Part shown: one piece after another, positions 1 to 8,100 of the stretch
How the letters are laid out: each line of letters opens with the position of its first letter
Numbering within the stretch: position 1 is the first letter of the stretch
Assembly: GCF_000146505.1 (NCBI RefSeq)
Contig: NC_017448.1
Location: forward strand, 1,140,001 to 1,172,000
DNA from: Fibrobacter succinogenes subsp. succinogenes S85
GTDB taxonomy: Bacteria > Fibrobacterota > Fibrobacteria > Fibrobacterales > Fibrobacteraceae
Length of the DNA stretch: 32,000 bases
Direction: 5' to 3'
Made by a program: the position numbers and the translations under genes
The notes under the pieces: generated by a model
The model's input: the letters and a program-made list of their open reading frames with translations, nothing else
Database searches by the model: none
Told to the model about the DNA's origin: nothing

Positions 1-696
1 CTTCCAGAATTCGAGCTTGAACGGTCCGACTTCGTGAAGCAAGAAGTAGAATAACGTCCCCGCACTCAGCGCATTTGCAATCACGGTCGCAAGCGCGACA
101 CCCGTAACGCTCATGCCAAAGCCTGCGACAAAGAGGACATTCAGCAACACGTTGATAGCGCCCGTCGCAAGGAGCACGTAAAGCGGGCGTTTTGTATCGC
201 CTTTGCCACGCAGGATTGCCGCCACAAAGTTATACAGCATGACAAACGGAATACCCGCAAAATAGACTTGCAGATAGCGCACTGCCAAATCCAAAACATC
301 TGTAGGGGTCGAAATTGCCGAAAGGATCGGCCGCGCAAAAAAGACTCCGATAAACGAGAGCAATATCCCGCTAATGAACGAGACGATTACAGACGTGTGG
401 ACGCTGCGCGTAATGGCACGATAGCTCTGCGCACCAATCGAATTCGCGACGACGACATTCACGCCGACAGAGATGCCTACGAACAAGTTTATCAGCATAT
501 TGATGACGAACGTATTCGCACCGACCGCCGCAAGCGCCTTGTCGCCTGCGAATTGCCCCACCACGGCAATGTCAGCCGCATTGAACAGCTGTTGCAAAAT
601 GCTTGTCGCCGCAAGCGGAACGGCAAACCTCAGAATCTTACGACCGAGGGGTCCGTTCAACATATCCATATTCGTCTTTAACGCATCCGTTGCCAT
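1..696 (-). CDS. MATE family efflux transporter, N-terminal part only (ORF runs off the left window edge)
   Basis: Absent from the ORF track because it is open at the edge. Reading the reverse complement from ATG 696..694 gives 232 stop-free codons: MATDALKTNMDMLNGPLGRKILRFAVPLAATSILQQLFNAADIAVVGQFAGDKALAAVGANTFVINMLINLFVGISVGVNVVVANSIG... This is the typical N-terminal pattern of NorM/DinF-type MATE proteins. Confidence 0.75.
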   Translation of the reverse strand, partial: MATDALKTNMDMLNGPLGRKILRFAVPLAATSILQQLFNAADIAVVGQFAGDKALAAVGANTFVINMLINLFVGISVGVNVVVANSIGAQSYRAITRSVHTSVIVSFISGILLSFIGVFFARPILSAISTPTDVLDLAVRYLQVYFAGIPFVMLYNFVAAILRGKGDTKRPLYVLLATGAINVLLNVLFVAGFGMSVTGVALATVIANALSAGTLFYFLLHEVGPFKLEFWK

Positions 697-734
697 ACAG
701 CACCTTAAAACCGCGGCAAATTTAGATTTTTACG

Positions 735-748
735 CTTTAAGCTTAAAG
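735..748. promoter_or_regulatory. Perfect 14-bp palindrome CTTTAAGCTTAAAG in the divergent MATE / ychF intergenic region (possible operator)
   Basis: The sequence is its own reverse complement. It lies between divergently oriented start codons at 696 and 838. Confidence 0.3.
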
Positions 749-762
749 GGCAATTTTCTACC

Positions 763-791
763 TTTACATCGCAAAAACAGGTGACTAGAAT
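763..791 (+). promoter_or_regulatory. sigma70-like promoter for ychF (TTTACA-N17-TAGAAT)
   Basis: TTTACA at 763..768, exact 17-nt spacer, TAGAAT at 786..791, about 47 nt upstream of the ATG. A 7-bp hairpin AATCGCT/AGCGATT (789..811) lies in the predicted leader. Confidence 0.45.
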
Positions 792-837
792 CGCTATAGG
801 ATAAAGCGATTACAAGCGCCACAAATCGGAGATTATC

Positions 838-1935
838 ATGGGTTTTAAATGCGGCATCGTAGGCCTCCCGAACGTAGGCAAGAGCACAATCTTCAACGCA
901 ATCACTAACGCAGGCGCAGAATCCGCCAACTATCCGTTCTGCACCATCGACCCGAACGTCGGCATGGTCAGCGTCCCGGATGCCCGCCTCGATGAACTTG
1001 TGAAGGTCTACAACCCGAAATCCATCGTCCCGGCCGTTACAGAATTCGTAGATATTGCAGGTCTTGTAAAAGGCGCTTCCAAGGGCGAAGGTCTCGGCAA
1101 CCAGTTCCTCACCCACATCCGCGAATGCGAAGCCATCATGGAAGTGGTGCGCTGCTTTGACGACGAAAACATCATCCACGTGAACGGTTCTGTGGACCCG
1201 ATCCGCGACGTCGAAGTGATTGAAACGGAACTCATCCTCAAGGACTTGGACACTGTCGAAAAGCGCCTCGCTACCGAAGCTAAGAGTGCACGTACCGGCA
1301 ACGCCGAAGCCAAGGCACGCCTCGCCGCTTGCGAACTTTTGAAGACGACGATGGAAGAAGGCCGCGCCGCCCGCACCGTGATGCACGACAGCGAAGAAAT
1401 GGAAGGCATCGTCAAGGACCTCGGACTCCTTACCGCAAAGCCGCTCTTCTACTGCGCCAACGTGAAGGAAGACGACATCCTCACCGGTAACGCTTATGTG
1501 GACCAGCTCAAGGAATACGCCTCCAAGCACGGTCACGACGTGATTGTCATCAGCGGTAAGATCGAAGAAGAACTTTCCGCCATGGAACCGGCTGACAAGA
1601 TCGAATTCCTCAAGGAACTCGGCATGAAGGAATCCGGACTCGATTCCGTTGTCCGCAAGGGTTACGAAATTCTCGGCCTCCGTACGTTCTTCACCGCAGG
1701 CGAAAAGGAATGCCGCGCCTGGACGTTCCACGCAGGCTTCAAGGCCCCGCAGTGCGCAGGCGTCATCCACACGGACTTCGAACGTGGCTTTATCCGCGCC
1801 GAAACTTTGAGCTACGCCGACTTCCTCAAGCACGGCAGCTGGAACGCCGCCAAGGAAGCAGGTCTCGTCCGTACGGAAGGTAAGGAATACCTCGTGCAGG
1901 ATGGCGACATTATGTACTTCCTGTTCAACGTGTAA
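838..1935 (+). CDS. ychF: Redox-regulated / ribosome-binding ATPase YchF (Obg-family GTPase fold)
   Basis: 365 aa. N-terminus [23 protein letters not shown] (G1 P-loop), [10 protein letters not shown] (G3), C-terminal TGS-like [23 protein letters not shown] lies 6 nt upstream of the ATG. Confidence 0.95.
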   Translation: MGFKCGIVGLPNVGKSTIFNAITNAGAESANYPFCTIDPNVGMVSVPDARLDELVKVYNPKSIVPAVTEFVDIAGLVKGASKGEGLGNQFLTHIRECEAIMEVVRCFDDENIIHVNGSVDPIRDVEVIETELILKDLDTVEKRLATEAKSARTGNAEAKARLAACELLKTTMEEGRAARTVMHDSEEMEGIVKDLGLLTAKPLFYCANVKEDDILTGNAYVDQLKEYASKHGHDVIVISGKIEEELSAMEPADKIEFLKELGMKESGLDSVVRKGYEILGLRTFFTAGEKECRAWTFHAGFKAPQCAGVIHTDFERGFIRAETLSYADFLKHGSWNAAKEAGLVRTEGKEYLVQDGDIMYFLFNV

Positions 1936-1937
1936 TG

Positions 1938-1981
1938 GCGCCGGTGGCGCAGTAGGATGTAGGCAGTAGACAGTAGGCAGG
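1938..1981 (+). repeat. Short GC hairpin plus CAGTAGG-type heptamer array, copy 1 (in the ychF 3' UTR)
   Basis: GCGCC-GGT-GGCGC starts 2 nt after the TAA stop. It is followed by AGTAGG ATGTAGG CAGTAGA CAGTAGG CAGG. Near-identical syntax occurs at 24693..24736 on the other strand. Confidence 0.75.
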
Positions 1982-2021
1982 ACTGCTATAGGAAAGTCTT
2001 ACTGCTTAATGTTATAGAAAA

Positions 2022-2046
2022 GGTCGCGAGTGCTGAACTCGCGACC
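2022..2046. terminator. Bidirectional rho-independent terminator between convergent ychF and the 2064..2651 gene
   Basis: 9-bp GC-rich stem GGTCGCGAG / CTCGCGACC with a 7-nt loop. TTCTTTGTTG follows on the + strand and an A-rich run precedes it (a T-run on the - strand). Confidence 0.75.
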
Positions 2047-2063
2047 TTCTTTGTTGTCAAGAT

Positions 2064-2651
2064 TTAACCTTTTTTCGCTTTCTTCCGTTCGCGGCGGGCC
2101 ACCACCATCGGGCGCACAAGCGTTGCGATGTTCATCGCCGTTCCAATCAAAATCAGGAAGCTTGCGCAGTACAGCCCAACGCCACCTTCAACTTTCAGTA
2201 GTGGGATTCCAAGCGTCCCCCCGATGTGTGAAAGTTTCATCAATAGAGACCATAGCGAAATCATGGACAAGAGCCCCATTACCGTTGATGCTAGCGGTAC
2301 AATCCACGAGAACACCGCCGCTAAAACAACCGCAGCAATAATCCCATACAAGTGAGGTACCGCTTCCATTTTCGGGAAGTTCGGCATCTGCGCCTTGAAG
2401 TGATCCTGAACCTTCGGGTTTTCCTTAATCATGCGGTGCATTTGCCCCAGCGCAGGCTCCGAAATTGATTCATCGAGATCTACACCTGATGCAATCTGGT
2501 AGAACGTCATCTGCGCAATCGGCTTGCTATCGTCTTTTGCCGAACAAGACACATTTGCAAGCGGCATCAAAAGCGCAAGCAGCACAAGCAAATACGGGAG
2601 CGCCGTAAGCTTCTTGAAAAGTTTCATTTCCTTACTAGAATTGTTACTCAT
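2064..2651 (-). CDS. Hypothetical membrane protein (N-terminal signal/anchor, C-terminal multi-TM region, basic tail)
   Basis: 195 aa. Hydrophobic N-terminus KKLTALPYLLVLLALLMPLA, at least three hydrophobic helices in the C-terminal half, ends RRERKKAKKG. Its ATG overlaps the stop of the upstream gene (TAATG), suggesting translational coupling. Confidence 0.7.
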   Translation of the reverse strand: MSNNSSKEMKLFKKLTALPYLLVLLALLMPLANVSCSAKDDSKPIAQMTFYQIASGVDLDESISEPALGQMHRMIKENPKVQDHFKAQMPNFPKMEAVPHLYGIIAAVVLAAVFSWIVPLASTVMGLLSMISLWSLLMKLSHIGGTLGIPLLKVEGGVGLYCASFLILIGTAMNIATLVRPMVVARRERKKAKKG

Positions 2652-5098
2652 TATTTCCCCTGAATAATTTTATCGAGCGTGAACACGCAGCGGAAGCCGA
2701 TGCCGTCAGACCAATAGCGCGGATCTTCGTCATCGCGAGCCGTCATGTTCAACTTCTTTTCTTTATCCTTCCAAGAACCACCCTTTAAGACTTTGCTCGT
2801 ACCCCAGAAAGAACCGGTCGGATTGGAACTTTCAATAGAGAACGTGATTGCAAAGTAATTGTCACGAGTCCATTCGGCAACGTTACCCGACATGTCGTAA
2901 AGCCCCCATGCGTTTGGAGCTTTGGACGCTACATCGTGCGGACCATAATCAGCATCTTTCTTCCCCTTCTTAAAGGAATTACCTGCAAATACGGCATACT
3001 TGTTCACGCCCATGGCGTCATCAGAAGTCCAAAGATAGCCATCGTTACTACCGGCGCGGCCCGCAAATTCCCACTGGGCTTCAGTCGGCAAATCTCCACC
3101 GAGGACCTTGCAAGCGTACTGTGCATTTTCCCACGTAATATTCTGGACAGGCTTGTTCGGACCCTTAAATGCAGACTTGTCCGGATAACGCTTTGTAGAA
3201 TCCAGGAGTCCCATAATCTTGTGGAAAAATTCCTGAGTCACTTCTGTTGTGTGGATTGCAAACGGCGACATGGAAACAACCTTGCCACGATAGCGGAACG
3301 AGCCAGAATCAATAAGAGCAACCGTTCCACGAGAAGCGTGTTCAACAACATTAAACACAGGCTCAGTCTTGACCGTATCCGGTGCGGCAGAAGAAGAACT
3401 CGGAGCCACAGACGAAGAAGACTCTGGACCTCTCTTCAACCATTCTTCCACTTCCTTTTCAACGAGAATGTGCTTAGGCAACTTAAATTCACCCTTACCA
3501 AAATAGAGAGAATCGCCCATACGGAAGCCAAGCTTTTCATAGCGGTACTGGTAACGGCCCACGAGGTCGCCTTCCTTGAACACCCATACCGGCTTGTTAT
3601 TTACAAGGAACAAAGTCGTCACAAGAGATGTGTTGCCTTCAGCGAGCAACGTCACAAGAGAATCCATCGGGAAACTTTCAACAACACCCTTCCAGGATAC
3701 TTCAACACGTTCTCGTTCCGCACCAAAGCTGAGGTTCAAAGAATCAATCTTATTAGATTCAACGATTTTCATGATGGTATCGGCAGGAGACTTGCTTGAA
3801 TCTATGACGATAGTCGTATCCGGAGCCTTCATAATTTTTTCAATCGCAACCGGCATCATGTTGATTTGGAACGGGAGCGCCTGGAGGCTATCAAGCTTCG
3901 CATGGAACGCCTTGTACAAGTTGCTCACGACACCGAGCTTCTTTTGACGCCAGAGGTTCTGCGCCTCGGAGCGCTTGAGATTGTAGTGGGCCACATAACC
4001 GCGATAGACCTTTCCTGAATCCGCGAGTCCAAGGGAATCCGCAGGCTTGATGGCCGGATAGAATTTTGAGAACTCCGTCGTATCTACACGCTTAAAGTTC
4101 TTGTCAACTTCAGCGGAGAACGCATCGTAAAGCGCTTCGGTTTCTTCAAGCGTCTGGAGTGCCTGCACCTGTTCAATCGTCACGGACGGGACTACCGGAG
4201 CTGTTTTTGCTTCGGCAACATTAGAAACAGGAACCACGCTTGAACTAGAAGCAGGAGCATCAAAGTCAGGAATTGCGATAACCGAGTTCGAAGAATCTGC
4301 TGAGCTAGAAGAAACGGCACCTGAATCAAGGACTGCTGCACTAGAACTTGATGCCACTGCAGAACTAGATGCAGCTGCATTTGAGTCAACAGTGACCGCA
4401 ACACTCGTATCGGGAGCAGGGAATTTCACGTTGAACGTGAGGACTTCGCCCGACTGGAGGTTTCCAATATCAGCGTACGGAAGTTGATCAGGGGCGTTAA
4501 ACGAGAAAACATAAGTTCCCGGATTCACAGGATAAAGAGACCTGGTTCCCGGTTTCATCTTTGCGCTAAGGGAAACAATTTCCAAGTTCTTTTCATCAGA
4601 CAGGATTTGCACCATTCCCGGGTGGACGCTTTCTTTCAAGACCTCCCACTTACCATTCTTCATGAACAAGAGCTTTGATACCCGTGGAGAGTAAATATAT
4701 TCGGTATCAAAGTAAATGTCCGCTTCGTCCTGGAAAGCTTTGTACTGACGAGAGGCATACAAACGCAAGCCTAGCACTTCACGAGCGCCTAAGTGATTTT
4801 CCTTGAGGTTGTAAGCATGGAGCTTCTTATATTCCTCGGCCTTAGCCTCGCCCGAGAACCAAAGGTACTCCTTCGCAGAGTTTTTATGACGGAGGTACAG
4901 GCGGTTGGGCAGCAACGGGAACACGGGTTCTTGCGATATCGCCACGGAACTGTCCAGGACGATTGCAAAATTGGTCGCATGCTCCAAGGCATTACCGACT
5001 TTAAAATTTTCCGAAGACAATTTAAAGTTACGATCCTCATCGGCCATTGTTAATGCCGGGACCAGCAACAAAAGCGGAAGCAGTCGGGAAAATGTCAT
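2651..5098 (-). CDS. Secreted multidomain protein with C-terminal formylglycine-generating-enzyme (FGE-sulfatase / SUMF1) type domain
   Basis: 815 aa. Signal peptide MTFSRLLPLLLLVPALTMA. Two Ser/Ala-rich linkers (AAASSSAVASSSSAA..., ESSSSVAPSSSSAAP). C-terminal motifs ITWENAQYACKVLGGDLPTEAQWEFAGRAG, NAWGLYDMSGNVAEWT, LKGGSW and GFRCV are typical of the FGE-sulfatase fold. AGGAGA RBS. Confidence 0.85.
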   Translation of the reverse strand: MTFSRLLPLLLLVPALTMADEDRNFKLSSENFKVGNALEHATNFAIVLDSSVAISQEPVFPLLPNRLYLRHKNSAKEYLWFSGEAKAEEYKKLHAYNLKENHLGAREVLGLRLYASRQYKAFQDEADIYFDTEYIYSPRVSKLLFMKNGKWEVLKESVHPGMVQILSDEKNLEIVSLSAKMKPGTRSLYPVNPGTYVFSFNAPDQLPYADIGNLQSGEVLTFNVKFPAPDTSVAVTVDSNAAASSSAVASSSSAAVLDSGAVSSSSADSSNSVIAIPDFDAPASSSSVVPVSNVAEAKTAPVVPSVTIEQVQALQTLEETEALYDAFSAEVDKNFKRVDTTEFSKFYPAIKPADSLGLADSGKVYRGYVAHYNLKRSEAQNLWRQKKLGVVSNLYKAFHAKLDSLQALPFQINMMPVAIEKIMKAPDTTIVIDSSKSPADTIMKIVESNKIDSLNLSFGAERERVEVSWKGVVESFPMDSLVTLLAEGNTSLVTTLFLVNNKPVWVFKEGDLVGRYQYRYEKLGFRMGDSLYFGKGEFKLPKHILVEKEVEEWLKRGPESSSSVAPSSSSAAPDTVKTEPVFNVVEHASRGTVALIDSGSFRYRGKVVSMSPFAIHTTEVTQEFFHKIMGLLDSTKRYPDKSAFKGPNKPVQNITWENAQYACKVLGGDLPTEAQWEFAGRAGSNDGYLWTSDDAMGVNKYAVFAGNSFKKGKKDADYGPHDVASKAPNAWGLYDMSGNVAEWTRDNYFAITFSIESSNPTGSFWGTSKVLKGGSWKDKEKKLNMTARDDEDPRYWSDGIGFRCVFTLDKIIQGK

Positions 5099-5167
5099 AA
5101 GCTCTCCTGTCTTTTAAGGAACTTCTTGTCTAGAAAAAAATAATTTCTTATAAGAAAAGTAGTTCCA

Positions 5168-8100
5168 TTATTTTGACGAATTCGCCCCCATTTCGAGCAA
5201 GTAACCGCCTTTTGCACCACCCACAGGACCCAATTCAACCTTCCAGTCGGCCAAACGGATAATATCGGGATGGTGTTCAATGACAATGACTGTATCGCCA
5301 CGGGCCGAAAGCCTGCGCAAGAGGTTCCAAAGAATCTGAATGTCCTTCAGGTGGAGGCCTGTTGTCGGCTCATCAAGTAAGTAGACCATTTCCGTAGCCG
5401 GACGGCGGCAAAGTTCTGCAGCAAGTTTCAAACGCTGGGATTCACCACCGCTAAGCGTCGTGACCGGCTGACCGAGTTTCACATACGGGAGGCCCACATC
5501 ACGGAGGCATTCGAGCTTCGGCAAAATTTTCGGCTGATCCTTGAAGAACTCGCAAGCTTCTACGACGCGCATGTCAAGTACATCGGCAATGTTCTTGCCC
5601 TTGAACGTGACTGTAAGCGTTTCCTGATTGTAGCGCTTGCCACCGCAGACTTCGCAAGTTTCCCAGATATCCGAAAGGAAATGCATCTCAACAGCAACGG
5701 CGCCACGGCCTTCGCAAGCGGGGCAACGGCCACGCGCAAGGTTATAACTGAAACGACCGTAATCAAAGCCCTTCATCTTGGACTGTTCAAGTTTGGCAAA
5801 CAGCTTGCGGATATCGTCAAAGACGCCTGTAAAGCTCGCCGGCGTACTGCGCGGCGTTCCCGAAATCGGGCTCTGGTCCACAAGCAAGACTTCGCCGCTC
5901 TGTTTTTTGCGGCCGCGAGCCTGGAACTGCTTTTTGAGCGCCGGGAAAATTTCATCGACAACGAGAGAACTCTTGCCCGAACCCGAAACGCCACAGACAA
6001 CGCTCACCGCCTTCTTGGGGAATTTTACAGACAAGTTCTTAAGGTTGTTCGCCTTGAGGTTTTTGAACTCGTAAAATTCAGTATCATCCGTAATACGCAC
6101 GGGTTCCAACTGGTTTGCCACCGGAGTCGAATACGTGAGGAACTTGACCGTTTCGCTACGCGGGAACTGTTGCAACGCATACGGTTTTGCAAGTTCTGCA
6201 GGAGAGCCTTCGGCAACGACTTCACCACCGAAATCGCCTGCACCAGGGCCCATATCGATAATGTGGTCTGCGGCCTGCATCATCTTAAGATCGTGTTCCA
6301 CAACCACGAGCGTATTGCCAAGGTCACGCAAGCGGTAAAGCGTGTCCAAAAGTTTTGCAGTATCGCTTTCATGTAGTCCGACGGTCGGTTCGTCCAGCAC
6401 GTACAAGACGCCTTCAAGACCGCTACCAATCTGACTTGCCAAGCGGATGCGCTGGGATTCACCGCCCGAAAGCGTATCGCCCGCGCGATCAAGGCCAATG
6501 TAGCCTAACCCCACGCTAATCAAGAAGTCCAAGCGACCAATGATTTCGCGGAGAAGCGGAGACGCAATCGTCGTTTTACTTTGGATGGTCGCAGATGTTG
6601 CATTTTCTTCGTTTGCAAAATCAACTTTCGCAAACCAGTCGCGAGCTTCGGCAATGCTCATGTGATGCACATCCATGATGTTCTTGCCCAAGATGCGCAC
6701 CGCAAGATATTCAGGTTTCAAGCGTTCACCATGGCAATCCGGGCATTCTTCGCCATCCTTGAAATGTCCAAGGCCGAGGCAAGTTTCACAAGCGCCCCAA
6801 TGCGTGTTGAAACTGAAATGTTTCGGGTTGAGTGCGGAATCCATGTACCAGCCACATTCCGGGCAGCCCGGCTTTTCACTAGCCGAGAGGCGTTCTTCGC
6901 CATCGCAATCCACATAGAGGATTCCGTTACCATCGCGGTAGCCGCGTTCAAACGCTTCGACGAGACGAGCACGATTTTCTTCCTTGACGACCACGGAATC
7001 GACCACAGCGAGCAACTGCTTTTCACGCGTGGGCATTTTCGGCAGCGGGAGTTCTACGAGCTTTTTGCCGAGATAAGCCTTGCGGTAACCCTTTTCCGTG
7101 AGAATCTTGGAGAGCTTAATTTCGTCCTTGATTTCGAACGGAGCAAGAATCGTCACCATCTTGTTGAGGTCACGATCGAACGCATGCTGCATCAAGTCGC
7201 CCGTCGCATAAGAGCTGATGGGCTTTCCACAATGGAGGCAGTGAGCCGTACCCACGCGAGCCCACAAAATGCGGAAGTAGTCGTAAATCTCGGTGAGCGT
7301 TGCGACCGTACTGCGCGGGCTCTTGCTTGCACTCTTCTGGTCAATGGCAATCGCAGGTGCCAAGCCCGAAATAGAATCGATGCTACCGCGGTCGGGGCGT
7401 CCCAAGAATCGGCGAGCATAAGTGCTGAGCGTTTCGACAAAGCGGCGCTGGCCTTCGCTAAAGAGCGTATGGAACGCAAGGCTCGACTTGCCCGAGCCCG
7501 AAACGCCCGTAATCACGGTGAGCTTGTGGCGCGGAATCGTCACATCGATGTTCTTGAGGTTGTGCTTGCGAGCGCCATGCACTTCGATATCGAGCGAGTA
7601 ATCTTCGCCCTTTTCATCCGTACGTTCAAAATGCTTGTTTTCGCCATGCTTTTTCGCCAAAACCGGAGCCAAGTAACGCCCCGTCTCCGACTTTTTGCAC
7701 TTGGCAATTTGTTCGGGAGTTCCCGTCGCGATAATGCGGCCGCCATTCACGCCCGCATCCGGGCCAAGGTCAATAATCCAATCCGCACACTTGATTACGT
7801 CGAGGTTGTGTTCAATCACCACGACGCTGTTGCCGAGACTACGCAAGCGGTTCAAGCATTCGAGCAATCGGCGGATATCTTCAAAATGCAAACCGGTTGT
7901 CGGTTCATCAAGCAAGTAAAGCGTCTTGCCCGTACCCGGACGGCGCAGTTCCGAAGCAATCTTCACGCGCTGCGCTTCGCCACCGCTCAGAGTTGTAGAA
8001 GGCTGACCGAGTGTGAGGTAGCCAAGGCCCACTTCGCAAAGGAGCTTGAGCGGTTCTGCAATTTTCGGAATGTCCTTGAAAAATTCAGCGGCTTCGCTGA

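Noticed and set aside
268-784. Plus-strand ORFs of 137 aa and 103 aa at the left edge
   Set aside because: They lie antisense to the MATE transporter reading frame, which gives a coherent membrane-protein translation from ATG 696.
730-1833. 367-aa ORF on the minus strand
   Set aside because: It lies entirely antisense to the confidently identified ychF. The translation is low-complexity (Ala/Gly/Val/Phe-rich) with no recognisable motifs. This is a typical stop-poor shadow frame.
5145-5156. 12-nt palindrome TTCTTATAAGAA downstream of the uvrA stop, as a possible terminator
   Set aside because: It is self-complementary with essentially no loop and AT-only pairing, so it is unlikely to form a stable terminator hairpin.
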